Shown piece after piece: positions 38,520 through 48,392 of a stretch of 64,000 nucleotides of DNA. The notes beneath the pieces were generated by a model, which had not been told where the DNA came from, did no database searches, and saw only the letters and a list, made by a program, of their open reading frames with translations. This DNA is from an uncultured Actinomycetes bacterium (GTDB lineage: Bacteria > Actinomycetota > UBA4738 > JBBDTT01): positions 32,001-96,000 of the forward strand of contig CAVUMN010000004.1 of NCBI GenBank assembly GCA_963742735.1, in the 5' to 3' direction. How positions within the stretch are numbered: position 1 is the stretch's first letter; each line of letters starts with the position of its first letter. Position numbers and translations under genes: made by a program.

Positions 38520-39869
38520 GTGAGGAAGCAACCGGAGACGACGTACGCGAAGACCGACCAGGGGTACGTCGCCTATCAGGTCTTCGGCGACGGACCGCTC
38601 GACATCGTCCTCATCCCGAGCTGGGCGACGAACGTCGACGTGATGTGGGAGGAGCCGTCGCTCGCACGGTATCTCGACCGGCTCGCCTCGTTCGGCCGCG
38701 TGATCTGCTTCGACAAGCGTGGAAGCGGGGTCTCCGATCCCGTCCCCCTGTCTTCGCTCCCCACGCTGGAGCACTGGCTGGACGACCTTCGTGTCGTCAT
38801 GGACGCGGTGGGCTCGGACCGGGCCGCCCTGATCGGCGATACCGAGGGCGGGCCAATGGCCATGCTGTTCGCCGCGACGTTTCCGGAGCGAGTGACCGGC
38901 CTGGCGCTGATCAACACGTTCGCTCGAATCCTGCGCGATGACGACTATCCGATCGGCTTCCCCGATGAGCCCATTCCCAGGATGCGGGAGTGGTACGAGA
39001 GCACCTGGGGGAGTCCGCAGTTCCTGGATGACCTCATCCCCGGCGCCGCCACGGATGACCGGTTCCGCTCGTGGTACGCGCGCTACTTGCGGCTGGCCAT
39101 GGGGCGCGCCCAGTCCACCGCGCAGTACTGGGACGCGGTGACGCGCTTCGACGTCCGAGCCGTCCTGGCGAGCATCCGCGTCCCCACGCTCGTCCTGACC
39201 CGGGCCGAGGCGAGATGGCATCGGGCCTCCTACGGCCGATACCTCGCCGAGCACATCTCGGGCGCGAAGTACGTGGAGCTTCCGGGAGCGGTCACGGTCC
39301 CGTTCCACGGGGGAGACTTCGACCCGATCCTCGACGAGGTCGAGGAGTTCCTCACCGGGACCCGGGCGGCCCCCGTGAGCGACCGCGTGCTGGCCACGGT
39401 GATGTTCACGGACATCGTCGGCTCGACCGAGCGGGCGGCCGACGCAGGCGACGACCGCTGGCTCGCGCTGCGCGACCGGCACGACGCTCTGGTCCGAGGG
39501 TCGCTCCAACGGTACCGAGGACAGGAGGTGAAGACGATGGGCGACGGGTTCCTGGCAACGTTCGACGGGCCCGGCCGCGCGGTGACGTGCGCGGCGGAGA
39601 TCGCCGAGGGCGTGCACGGCCTGGGCATCGACGTTCGCGTGGGGTTGCACACCGGCGAGGTCGAGCTGCGAGGCGCGGACATCGGCGGGATCGGCGTCCA
39701 CATCGCCCAGCGGGTGATGGCGGCGGCCGACCCGGGCCGGATCCTCGTGTCGCGGACGGTCAAGGACCTGGTGGTCGGGTCCGGGATCGAGTTCGAGGAC
39801 CGCGGCTCCCGCGAGCTCAAAGGCGTCCCCGGCGAATGGGCCCTTTACGAGGTGACCCAGGTCCCCTAG
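38520..39869 (+). CDS. Alpha/beta-hydrolase-fold plus class III cyclase fusion (LipJ-like)
   Basis: VAYQVFGDG, FDKRGSGVSD; MFTDIVGST, KTMGDGF, GLHTGEVE, VHIAQR. Confidence 0.9.
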   Translation: MRKQPETTYAKTDQGYVAYQVFGDGPLDIVLIPSWATNVDVMWEEPSLARYLDRLASFGRVICFDKRGSGVSDPVPLSSLPTLEHWLDDLRVVMDAVGSDRAALIGDTEGGPMAMLFAATFPERVTGLALINTFARILRDDDYPIGFPDEPIPRMREWYESTWGSPQFLDDLIPGAATDDRFRSWYARYLRLAMGRAQSTAQYWDAVTRFDVRAVLASIRVPTLVLTRAEARWHRASYGRYLAEHISGAKYVELPGAVTVPFHGGDFDPILDEVEEFLTGTRAAPVSDRVLATVMFTDIVGSTERAADAGDDRWLALRDRHDALVRGSLQRYRGQEVKTMGDGFLATFDGPGRAVTCAAEIAEGVHGLGIDVRVGLHTGEVELRGADIGGIGVHIAQRVMAAADPGRILVSRTVKDLVVGSGIEFEDRGSRELKGVPGEWALYEVTQVP

Positions 39870-40762
39870 GTCAGGGCCGGGAGCGGAGGGCTGAACTCGA
39901 GCGCGACGGACGGCTCGTTGCCGGGGATCTCGTCCTCGGGCCACGTGGCGGTCGCGGTGTAGGCAACGCCGTCGAGCACCAGGTCGACCTCGTAGGTGAA
40001 CGGGCCCGGACCCAGGTCCGCCGCGGCCAGTCCGCGCTCGTCGGGGCCGTCCCAGTAGACGGTGCCGACGGGCCAGCACGACTCCTTCGCCCGGGTGGCG
40101 TCGAAGGTGACCGCTCCGCCGCCCGCCTCTCGCACCGTGATCGTTGCCGAGGCTTCGCCGGGCGTGGCCGCCAAGTTGGTCAGCATCAGCTCGACGCCGT
40201 AGCTGTCGACCCCGCCGTCGTGATCGGCGAGGACCGCGAGGCGGGCGTCGGGCTCGGCCAGCGGCCCGTCCGCCGGGGTGGTCCAGCGGAAGCTCACGGC
40301 CAGGTCGCCAACACCCTGGCCGGTCAAGGTCACGTCGTACGTGTCGGCGAACCCGGCCGGACGCAGGAGGAAGGTTCCGTCCGCGCGCGGCTCGAGGTCC
40401 ACCGCCTGCTCGCGTCCGCACCGCTTTCCGGCCGGCGTGAACGTCGCCCCGAAGGTCCACCCCTCGAGCGAAAACTCCACGATCACCTCGGAGGGGTCGC
40501 CGACGTCCGGAAGGGGCTCGCGCGGCGCGCCGTCGACGCACGCGTTGAGGTAGCAGTAGCTCCATGCTTCCAGCTCGAACGAGCCGCCCGCGTACCGAAC
40601 CGTGACCGCCGGTGGGGACTCGTACTCGGACCCGAGCTCACGCTCCTCCCCGGCGGGCGAGGGCCCCGTGCTCGGTCCCGCTCGAAGCGAGTCATCGAGC
40701 CGGGCGCACGCGCCGAGCAGCAGGAGCGCGGCCACGACCGCGACCCATCGCAGCATCCTCAT
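39866..40762 (-). CDS. Hypothetical lipoprotein
   Basis: Lipobox LLLGA-C; WSYCY...CVDG segment. Confidence 0.75.
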   Translation of the reverse strand: MRMLRWVAVVAALLLLGACARLDDSLRAGPSTGPSPAGEERELGSEYESPPAVTVRYAGGSFELEAWSYCYLNACVDGAPREPLPDVGDPSEVIVEFSLEGWTFGATFTPAGKRCGREQAVDLEPRADGTFLLRPAGFADTYDVTLTGQGVGDLAVSFRWTTPADGPLAEPDARLAVLADHDGGVDSYGVELMLTNLAATPGEASATITVREAGGGAVTFDATRAKESCWPVGTVYWDGPDERGLAAADLGPGPFTYEVDLVLDGVAYTATATWPEDEIPGNEPSVALEFSPPLPALT

Positions 40763-40798
40763 GGCCCTTCGACGTTCCGGCGACCCGGTGCGTTCCCG

Positions 40799-42559
40799 TC
40801 AGGCGCCCGTGCGGATCGGCACGAACACCGTGGAGGGGTAGCTCGGACCGACCAGCAGCTCGCTCGGAAACGCGCCGTCCTGGGACACCACCTTCCGGGT
40901 GTCCGCGGACTGGACGAGCAGCCCCAACCGGTGTCCGGCCGCGAGCCGGTATGACGACGGCCAGATCTCGACGTCGAGCCTGTAGGGCTCGCCGGGGACC
41001 AGCGACTCCGGGCGGTCGTGGGGGTGCCAGAGGTACGGGCGCCGCGGATCCACGCGCCGATGGGAGGCCTTCAGCCACCCGCGGGCGATCACCCGGGTCG
41101 CATCGGGTCCCACGTCGACCAGCCGGACCACCCAGTCGGCGTCCGTCCACTGGCTCGTGGCCCACAGCCGCGCGCGGACTGAGCCCGTCACCACGGCGGC
41201 CTCCTCGAGGACCGGGCCGAGGAACGCCGCGGCGGCCGCGTCCAGCCGCTGGTCCTTCGGGTCGTTGTACGGGTTCGCCCCCGCGACGGCGTCGTGCGTG
41301 ACCGACGCCGCTCCGGTCGCCTCGACCGGGACGCCCGGGACGGGGACCGACGCATCGCTCTCGCACCTCGTGGCGAGCGTCCCTCGGATCGGCCAGGGCG
41401 CCTCCGCGGACGGCGCCTCGCCGCCGGGGCCGCACAGGGCGAGCGCCGCATCGCGGTGGGGCGGCGGCCAGGACCGGAAGCTCCGCCACTCGCCGTTCCA
41501 CGGCCCGAAGGTCGCGGTCGACGACGGGTCCACGTCGAACACGCGAACGGGAGGGACCTTCGCGAACTTCGCCCGCATCCGCCGGGGGTCGGGCGTGCGC
41601 AGGAAGATGTCGAACCACCGAACCGAGTCCGCGAGCAGGAGCTCGAGGGGCTCGTCGCCCGCCCCGCCCAGGTGCCCCCAGGGCCCCAGGACGAGCGCCT
41701 TGTGGCGCGAGCCGGCCGTCAGGTAGCCGAGCGCCGCGGCGCGCGGATAGATGTCGTCCCAGCCGGACCAGAACAGCGCGGGAACACGGATCCGCTCCGC
41801 GTGCAGGGTGCGCTCCCGCCAGTAGCTGTCGTACAGCCGGTGTGCGGCCCCAATGGCCAGCGTGCCGAGGCCTTCCGCCTGCGCGGACGGATCGACCGCG
41901 CTCCTGGCGGCCCGTTCGGGCGACGCCTCCGGCCCCGGCTTGACCAGGGCATGGAAGGCGAGCCAGCCGACCAGCCCCGTGTCCTCCGACGCCTGCATCC
42001 CGCCGGGGAAGAACACGTCCCGGTACGGGTCGTTGAACGAGGACGCGGGGACGATCGCCCGCAGGTGCGGTGGCCGCATGGCCGCCACCAGAGCCGCCAT
42101 GTTCCCGGGGTAGGAGTAGCCCCACATGCCGATCCGGCCGTCGCTCCACGGCTGCAGCGCCGCCCACTCGACGGCGTCGTACCCGTCGCGGACCTCGCGC
42201 CGAGAGGACAACCCGTACGCGCCGTTCGACGCGCCGCTGCCGCGGATATCCACGAGCAGCCCCGCGAAGCCGGCCTCGGCGAACCTCGCCATGGCCCCGC
42301 GCTCGAACCGGGTCGGGTCGTCCTTGCGGTACGGGAAGTACACGACGATCGTCGGCAGCGGCGCGCGCACGACGCCGTCCACGGCCGGCTGGTACAGGTC
42401 CCCGTAGAGCTCGCCCCCCGAGGACATGGGGATCGCCAGGTCGCGCGTGCGAACCACGGTCACCGTCGCGGCCGGCGCCGGGGCGGCGGGGACGACCGAC
42501 ACGAGCAGCGCCAGGACGAGCGTGGTCAGCAGCGCGCGCGAATGCCGATGCAGACGCAT
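40799..42559 (-). CDS. Secreted CocE/NonD family serine hydrolase
   Basis: DIRGSGASNG, GMWGYSYPG, GWDD, GPWGH, C-terminal GHRLGLLV. Confidence 0.9.
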   Translation of the reverse strand: MRLHRHSRALLTTLVLALLVSVVPAAPAPAATVTVVRTRDLAIPMSSGGELYGDLYQPAVDGVVRAPLPTIVVYFPYRKDDPTRFERGAMARFAEAGFAGLLVDIRGSGASNGAYGLSSRREVRDGYDAVEWAALQPWSDGRIGMWGYSYPGNMAALVAAMRPPHLRAIVPASSFNDPYRDVFFPGGMQASEDTGLVGWLAFHALVKPGPEASPERAARSAVDPSAQAEGLGTLAIGAAHRLYDSYWRERTLHAERIRVPALFWSGWDDIYPRAAALGYLTAGSRHKALVLGPWGHLGGAGDEPLELLLADSVRWFDIFLRTPDPRRMRAKFAKVPPVRVFDVDPSSTATFGPWNGEWRSFRSWPPPHRDAALALCGPGGEAPSAEAPWPIRGTLATRCESDASVPVPGVPVEATGAASVTHDAVAGANPYNDPKDQRLDAAAAAFLGPVLEEAAVVTGSVRARLWATSQWTDADWVVRLVDVGPDATRVIARGWLKASHRRVDPRRPYLWHPHDRPESLVPGEPYRLDVEIWPSSYRLAAGHRLGLLVQSADTRKVVSQDGAFPSELLVGPSYPSTVFVPIRTGA

Positions 42560-42619
42560 GAATATCGAGCTTTCGACAGTGATCGCCCGGACGCCTGCCG
42601 ACGTGTCCGAAGCCGGGCC

Positions 42620-44047
42620 TCAGGCTGCCGGGGAGATGTTGCGGTTCACGCGGAACAAGTTGCCGGGGTCGTACTCCGCCTTGACGCGCTGGAGGCGCTC
42701 GTAGTTGTCGCGATAGGCATCGGCGGTCCGGCCCGCATCGTCCTCGGCCAACTGGAAGTTGACGTAGTTCCCGCCGGTCGAGAACGGCCGAATAGCCTCC
42801 CACGCATCCCGGGCCCAGGCCACGTGTGCGTCCGGGCTGGTGCCCGGCGGCCATGTGCCGGAGAAGCCGCTGACGTACCGGGCGTCGCGATTGCCGACCG
42901 CCCCGTCGTCGTCATCGCGCTCGTTCAGCGCGCCGGCCAGGTGGAAGATGATCGACTGCGACAGCGGCGAAGTCACCCTCAGGCCACCGTCGCGGAAGGT
43001 GTCGAGGAACTCGGGCGGAAGGCCCGGCAGGAACTCAGTCTTCCAATAGCGGTGCAGACCGTGGGGCTCCAAGGCGTTGAGCATCGACTGTTGTGCCGCG
43101 TACGGCTTCTCGGTGATGAGGTCGACGATCGGGTCCCCGAGCGCGCGAATCGCGGCGAGGTCGGCCTCCGCGTCTGCGCCGCTGTGGCACACGATCATCG
43201 TGCTGACGGGCTTGCCGTGCCACTCCTGGGGCAGGAACGGGGCCGGCGGGGCGAGTCGCACGGTCGTGGCGGCGGTCAGCTCGCGCGGCGCCGACTCGGT
43301 GAGCGCGCGGTAGGTGGCGAGCACGTCGTCGGCCCGGTCGGCGCTCCACATGATGAGCCCGCCGGTGATCGTCGGGCCGACCTCGTGCAGGCGAAACGAG
43401 AACCGGGTGACCACGCCGAAGTTGCCGCCCCCACCCCTGAGCGCCCAGAACAGCTCGGCGTTCTCGTCGCGGCTCGCGGTCCGGATTTCGCCGTCCGCGG
43501 TGACGATCTCGACCTCCTGGAGGTTGTCGACCGCCCAGCCGAACCGGCGCGTCAGGTAGCCGAAGCCACCCCCCAGCGTCAGGCCGGCGACGCCGGTCTC
43601 GGACACGAACCCGAGCACCGTCGCCAGCCCGTGCTGCTGGGTCGCCTCGTCGACGTCCTTGAGCAAACATCCCGGCCCGACGTGTGCGACCTTGGCGTCA
43701 GGATCGACGGCGACGTTCCGCATGCGGGACATGTCGAGCGTAAGGCCGCCCTCGACCATCGAGGTTCCGGCGATGTTGTGTCCACCGCCCTTGACACTCA
43801 GCAGCAGGCCGCGTTCGCGCGCGAAGCTGACGGCCTCGCTGACGTCGCGGACCGAGGTCGGCTGCAGGACGAGGGCGGGGGTGGTGGCCGCCGTGCCGTT
43901 CCAGATCAGCACGGCATCGTCCCAGCCCTCGTCGCCCTCACGGAGCAACGAACCCTTGACTCGCGCATCCAGGTCGTCGAGCTGGCTCGAGGCCAGGCTG
44001 ACGTGACCGCCCTCGAGCCCCGCCATCTCGATGGCTCCCGCGCTCAT
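42620..44047 (-). CDS. FAD-binding oxidoreductase (BBE-like)
   Basis: VKGGGHN, GVAGLTLGGG, LFWALRGGGGNFGVVT, YVNF, KAEYDPGNLF. Confidence 0.93.
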   Translation of the reverse strand: MSAGAIEMAGLEGGHVSLASSQLDDLDARVKGSLLREGDEGWDDAVLIWNGTAATTPALVLQPTSVRDVSEAVSFARERGLLLSVKGGGHNIAGTSMVEGGLTLDMSRMRNVAVDPDAKVAHVGPGCLLKDVDEATQQHGLATVLGFVSETGVAGLTLGGGFGYLTRRFGWAVDNLQEVEIVTADGEIRTASRDENAELFWALRGGGGNFGVVTRFSFRLHEVGPTITGGLIMWSADRADDVLATYRALTESAPRELTAATTVRLAPPAPFLPQEWHGKPVSTMIVCHSGADAEADLAAIRALGDPIVDLITEKPYAAQQSMLNALEPHGLHRYWKTEFLPGLPPEFLDTFRDGGLRVTSPLSQSIIFHLAGALNERDDDDGAVGNRDARYVSGFSGTWPPGTSPDAHVAWARDAWEAIRPFSTGGNYVNFQLAEDDAGRTADAYRDNYERLQRVKAEYDPGNLFRVNRNISPAA

Positions 44048-44195
44048 CGCCGCCTCCTTGCAACGCCGATCATCATGCTCCAAACGGTCTGAAGGGCTTC
44101 GAAAGGCCGCGAAGAGGAGCAGTGGAGGTGAGGGGACTGCTTCCTAAACCGTGAATAGGCCCGCCTGGTTCGCGCCCCCACCGCCATCTATGACC

Positions 44196-44689
44196 TCACT
44201 GCATCTCGTCCAAGATCTTGAGGAATTCCTGTTTCGATATACGATCCCCGACGACGCCGTAGCGCACACAGGGGATCATCTCTTCTTCCCAGGATGCAAT
44301 GGCTCGGTCTTCGTTCTCGTAGAAGGAGGCCGTTGCTGTATGCCCGCGGACCTCGACCATCTGCGTTTCGGTTGGGTTCGGCCCGCATCGATCGCAAATC
44401 CCCCAGCCACTAAAGTCAGCCCTCGTCCAGCTTGGTCAGAACTCTCGTAGCGGACCACGACCTGGTGGTAGTCGTCGGACATCTCCACGATCTCTCGGGA
44501 ATCCTCCTGCAGATCCGCCGGCAGAAACCCAAGGTGGAGTTCGGGGCAAGCACGACGGCTTGGGGCCTTCTGGCTGGTCGCGGCGGGCGAGGACGGCCGT
44601 ACGGGGGGATCGCCACTTCCCGTGCAGGCCGCCATGAGTACCAAGCCCACGACAGCAGCGCGGCCCCCGGCGCTCGGAGGAACGACCAT
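44196..44689 (-). pseudogene. Frameshifted lipoprotein within the islet
   Basis: MVVPP...LVLMAA-C lipobox. After about 44400 the protein-like reading continues in another frame (PTETQMVEVRGHTA...IASW...ISKQEFLKILDEMQ*). Confidence 0.55.
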
Positions 44690-44801
44690 TCGATCGCCCT
44701 GCGGCCCTGCTTCAAGTTCACGGTAGCCTGAAGCCGTGAGGCATGTCTCCGCTCCTCTGAGCGCCAGGCATGGATCACCGGACACGAGGACGGGACCGGC
44801 T

Positions 44802-46181
44802 GTGGACGGAGACGGGCCGAAGGATAACGATCGTCCGAAGTCACGGCTCCGGGCGCCCTGGTCCCAGACCGAACGGCGGATACCTCGTTCGATCGTGCAG
44901 CCACTGCAATCTTTCCTTTCGACGGAGCGCGCGGGGGCCATCCTGCTGCTGGCAGCCGCCGTGGCGGCGTTGGCGTGGGCCAACTCCCCCTGGAACGAGA
45001 GCTACGACCGCCTGTGGGCCACCCCCCTGACCATCAGGCTCGGGTCCTGGTCGGTTTCGGAGGACCTGCGCCATTGGATCAACGACGCCCTGATGGCCGT
45101 CTTCTTCTATGTCGTCGGTCTGGAGATCAAGCGGGAGCTGGTGACCGGTGAGCTGCGCGACCGGCGCGCCGCGGTCCTTCCCATCGTGGCGGCGCTCGGT
45201 GGAATGGTCGTGCCCGCGCTCCTCTACCTCGCCTTCAACGCGGGGGGCGAGGGAGCGAACGGGTGGGGAGTGCCCATGGCTACCGACATCGCCTTCGCGG
45301 TTGGGGTGCTGGCCATCGTCGGCAAGGGGTTGCCAGGGAGTCTGAAGGCCTTCCTGCTCACCCTCGCCATCGTGGACGACATCGGGGCCATCGTGGTCAT
45401 CGCCATCTTCTATTCGGGTGGCGTCGCCATCGTGCCGCTGGGACTGGCCCTGGCGGGGCTCGGCCTGATCGTGGTCCTGCAACGGCTCGAGGTCCGATGG
45501 ACCGTCGTGTACGTGGTCCTGGGCATTGCCGTGTGGCTTGCGACGTTCGAGTCCGGCGTGCACGCCACCATCGCCGGGGTGGCGCTGGGGCTGATGACAC
45601 CGGCTACCCCATTCCAGCGTCCTCGAGCGGTGAGCGACGAAGCACGACGCGTCGCGGATCAGACCATGGACGATCCCGCTCCGCCCGACGCGGATGCCGA
45701 CAGCTGGCTCTCCCTGGCGGCGCTGTCCCGAGAAGCCGTTTCCCCACTGGCCCGGGCGGAGCACCTGCTCCACCCGTGGACGAGCTACCTGGTGATCCCG
45801 CTGTTCGCCCTGGCCAATGCGGGCGTGTCGCTCGGCGGTGCGGCCCTGCGGAGCGCCCTGACCTCCCCGGTAGCCGTCGGGATCGTGATGGGCCTCGTTC
45901 TGGGGAAGACCTTGGGCATCGGCCTCACCACGCTCGCGGCAACTCGAACCGGGCTCGCCCGGCTGCCCGAAGGCGTTACGCACCTCCACCTCTTGGGTGT
46001 GGCCGCGATCGCGGGCATCGGGTTCACCGTGTCCTTGTTCATCACCGGACTTGCCTTCCGTGATCCCGCCGTTCAGGCCGCCGCCAAGGTGGGCATCCTG
46101 GTCGCATCGGTGCTTGCCGGGTGCCTCGGATCGATCATCTTGATCCTGGCGCGGCGATCCGCCAGCGGTGCCCGGGACTGA
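44802..46181 (+). CDS. nhaA: Na+/H+ antiporter NhaA
   Basis: WINDALMAVFF, GLEIKRE, PMATDIAF, LAIVDD, GIGFTVSLFI. Start uncertain. Confidence 0.95.
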   Translation: MDGDGPKDNDRPKSRLRAPWSQTERRIPRSIVQPLQSFLSTERAGAILLLAAAVAALAWANSPWNESYDRLWATPLTIRLGSWSVSEDLRHWINDALMAVFFYVVGLEIKRELVTGELRDRRAAVLPIVAALGGMVVPALLYLAFNAGGEGANGWGVPMATDIAFAVGVLAIVGKGLPGSLKAFLLTLAIVDDIGAIVVIAIFYSGGVAIVPLGLALAGLGLIVVLQRLEVRWTVVYVVLGIAVWLATFESGVHATIAGVALGLMTPATPFQRPRAVSDEARRVADQTMDDPAPPDADADSWLSLAALSREAVSPLARAEHLLHPWTSYLVIPLFALANAGVSLGGAALRSALTSPVAVGIVMGLVLGKTLGIGLTTLAATRTGLARLPEGVTHLHLLGVAAIAGIGFTVSLFITGLAFRDPAVQAAAKVGILVASVLAGCLGSIILILARRSASGARD

Positions 46182-46194
46182 AGGGGTCGGTGCG

Positions 46195-47688
46195 ATGGCT
46201 CGGCGCTCGACGCTGAGGCCGGAGCGCAGCTCCGAGACGCGGATGCGGGTGCTCTCGCGGCTTGGGCGATGGCTGGTGGTTGCCGCAGTGGGACTCGCCG
46301 GCGGGTGGGTCGGTCTGAGCCTCCTGGGGGTCGATCGTCAAACGCTTGGACCCTTCACGGTGGCGCTGCAGACCCGTCCGGGGTACCCCGCCACCGTGTT
46401 CGCGCTTCCTCCGCTCGGCCGGATCGAAGCCTCGACCCATCGTTCGCCCCTGAAGCTGAGCGTCACGCTGCGGGCCATCGATCCCGATGAGCTGCAGGCC
46501 GCGTTGCGCGGCTCCTCGATTGAGGAGGTGACGGCGCGCCTGCAGCGAGACGTACCGGGCATCGTTCGATCCCACGCCCTGCGCAGCTTCGGAGCGGTCG
46601 GAGCGGGCGCGCTCGCCCTGTCCATCCTGGTCTTTCGGAAGCGCTGGCGACGGGTGGTGGCCGCGACGGCCGTGAGTGGCGGGACGTTCCTGGCCCTCGC
46701 GCTCCTGGCGCTCGCGAGCTATCGGCCGGCCGCCTTCCTCGAGCCCACGTTTCACGGCTCGCTTCAGCTCGCGCCTCCACTGATCGGGTCCCTCGAAGCG
46801 GCCGGTACCAGGATCGACGAGTTTCGCGAGGCACTCGAGCGGCTGGTTGGAACGGCGACGCACGCCTACTCGGTCGTGACGAACACGCAACCCGCGTCCG
46901 GCGCCACCGTGATCCTCCACGTGACGGATCTGCATTCCTCCCAGCTCGGGATCGACTTCGTCCAGAACGTGGCGACCAGCTTCGACGTCGATGCGGTGGT
47001 GGACACGGGAGATCTCACCGCGTTCGGCACACCGCTCGAGGCCGCGGTGCTCAGCCAGATCCGGAACCTGGGCCGTCCCTACGTGTTCGTGCGCGGGAAC
47101 CACGACACGGCGGCCGTCGACCGAGCGATCGAGCGGCTCCCGGAGGGCGTGGTCCTCGACAACGAGGAGACCACCATCGAGGGCGTACGGATCTACGGAG
47201 CGCCGCACCCCGTCGAGCGGGCCTCCGAAGGCACCATCCCGGACCAGGAGTTCGCGAGCCGCGTGTCCGAAGCCGGTCGAGATCTCGCCGATCGTATCGG
47301 CACGCTTTCGGAGCCGCCCCAGATCCTGCTCGTGCACGACGACCGGATGGCCGAGGCTTCGGCCGGCCTGGTTCCGCTCGTGCTGAGCGGGCACTTCCAC
47401 CATCACGGAGAGCGCGAGCTCGGCGGCACGATCTACCTTCGAGGCGGCGCCGCCTCCGGCGGTGGGCTCCTCGAGCCGTTCTCGCCGCAGGACGTCAACC
47501 TCCTGTCCGTGGAAGTGATCTACATCGAGGAAGGGCGACTCGTCGCCTACGACACGATCCAGTTCGATGTCGTGGCCGAGGAGGTGACCGTTCGGCGCCA
47601 CCTGGTCGCCGCGCTGCCGGAGACGTCGCCAACCCCGGCGGCCGCTGATTCTGCAAGGTCGTCTTTTTCGCCGCAACGATCGCCGTAG
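46195..47688 (+). CDS. Membrane-anchored calcineurin-like metallophosphoesterase
   Basis: TM segments; DLH, GD, GNHD, VHD, GHFH motifs. Confidence 0.88.
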   Translation: MARRSTLRPERSSETRMRVLSRLGRWLVVAAVGLAGGWVGLSLLGVDRQTLGPFTVALQTRPGYPATVFALPPLGRIEASTHRSPLKLSVTLRAIDPDELQAALRGSSIEEVTARLQRDVPGIVRSHALRSFGAVGAGALALSILVFRKRWRRVVAATAVSGGTFLALALLALASYRPAAFLEPTFHGSLQLAPPLIGSLEAAGTRIDEFREALERLVGTATHAYSVVTNTQPASGATVILHVTDLHSSQLGIDFVQNVATSFDVDAVVDTGDLTAFGTPLEAAVLSQIRNLGRPYVFVRGNHDTAAVDRAIERLPEGVVLDNEETTIEGVRIYGAPHPVERASEGTIPDQEFASRVSEAGRDLADRIGTLSEPPQILLVHDDRMAEASAGLVPLVLSGHFHHHGERELGGTIYLRGGAASGGGLLEPFSPQDVNLLSVEVIYIEEGRLVAYDTIQFDVVAEEVTVRRHLVAALPETSPTPAAADSARSSFSPQRSP

Positions 47689-47778
47689 GCGTGACCAACG
47701 ACCCACACGAGGCTCGGAGGCGAAGAAGGGCGACACTCACGCGGAGAACGGCTTGGCAGAGCCAAGCAAGCCAAGCTG

Positions 47779-47852
47779 TGGAGGTGAGGGGATTTGAACC
47801 CCTGGCCTCTGCAGTGCGAGTGCAGCGCTCTACCGGACTGAGCTACACCCCC
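47779..47852 (-). tRNA. tRNA-Ala(CGC)
   Basis: GGGGGTG/CACCTCC acceptor stem with G3:U70; anticodon arm CTGCA-CTCGCAC-TGCAG; GTTCAAATC T-loop; CCA not encoded. Confidence 0.97.
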
Positions 47853-47877
47853 CAAGACGGCCGAGTGTAGCGGAGGC

Positions 47878-48390
47878 TCAGCTCCGGCCGGCCTGGCCCA
47901 TGCGGAACCGGACCCAGTACAGCTGGGCGGCGTCGGAGGCGGCCGGGTCGAGCGAGGCAAGGATCGTGTACAGATCGCCGTGGTGGGCCACCTCGTGGAG
48001 CAGCACGTGCATGAGGATGTCGCCGACCGTCGTCGTGAACTCTCGCTTCGGCAGATGCACCGGCTCCTGCCATCGCGGGATCCACTCCCGGAAGCGCGCG
48101 CGGACCTCCTGCCCTCGATCCAGGATGCTGTCCATGTCGGGAAACCGCTCGGGCACGTAGATCTCGGCCTCGAGGTCGACGTCGCGGCCCACGATGTCGA
48201 CCTCCATCCAGTCCTCCTCGACCATGACCACGTGGATCACCGTGTCGCGTAGCGAGCCGTGGCCGACGGGCGCGGCGCCCGCGGTGATCGGGCGGTCCCA
48301 GCCGCCCGGGGGCACCATCGCCCACGCTCGCCGCAGACGCTCGCGCCAGGCCTCGGTGTAAGCGCAGAGATCGAGGAGCGCGGCTTCCAT
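47878..48390 (-). CDS. DinB-family protein
   Basis: SLRDTVIHVVMVEEDW and HVLLHEVAHHGD His triad. Confidence 0.85.
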   Translation of the reverse strand: MEAALLDLCAYTEAWRERLRRAWAMVPPGGWDRPITAGAAPVGHGSLRDTVIHVVMVEEDWMEVDIVGRDVDLEAEIYVPERFPDMDSILDRGQEVRARFREWIPRWQEPVHLPKREFTTTVGDILMHVLLHEVAHHGDLYTILASLDPAASDAAQLYWVRFRMGQAGRS

Positions 48391-48392
48391 CG

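Larger units (their letters stand above)
44122..47792. mobile_element. Genomic islet at the 3' end of tRNA-Ala, bounded by a 15-bp direct repeat; no integrase
   Basis: GTGGAGGTGAGGGGA at 44122-44136 and 47778-47792, the latter being the tRNA 3' end. The interior is visibly more A/T-rich in places. Confidence 0.75.

Noticed and set aside
36780-39869. Diversity-generating retroelement (TR/VR pair) suggested by the duplicated cyclase C-terminus
   Set aside because: Mismatches are mostly synonymous C/G swaps, not adenine-specific, and there is no reverse transcriptase in the window.
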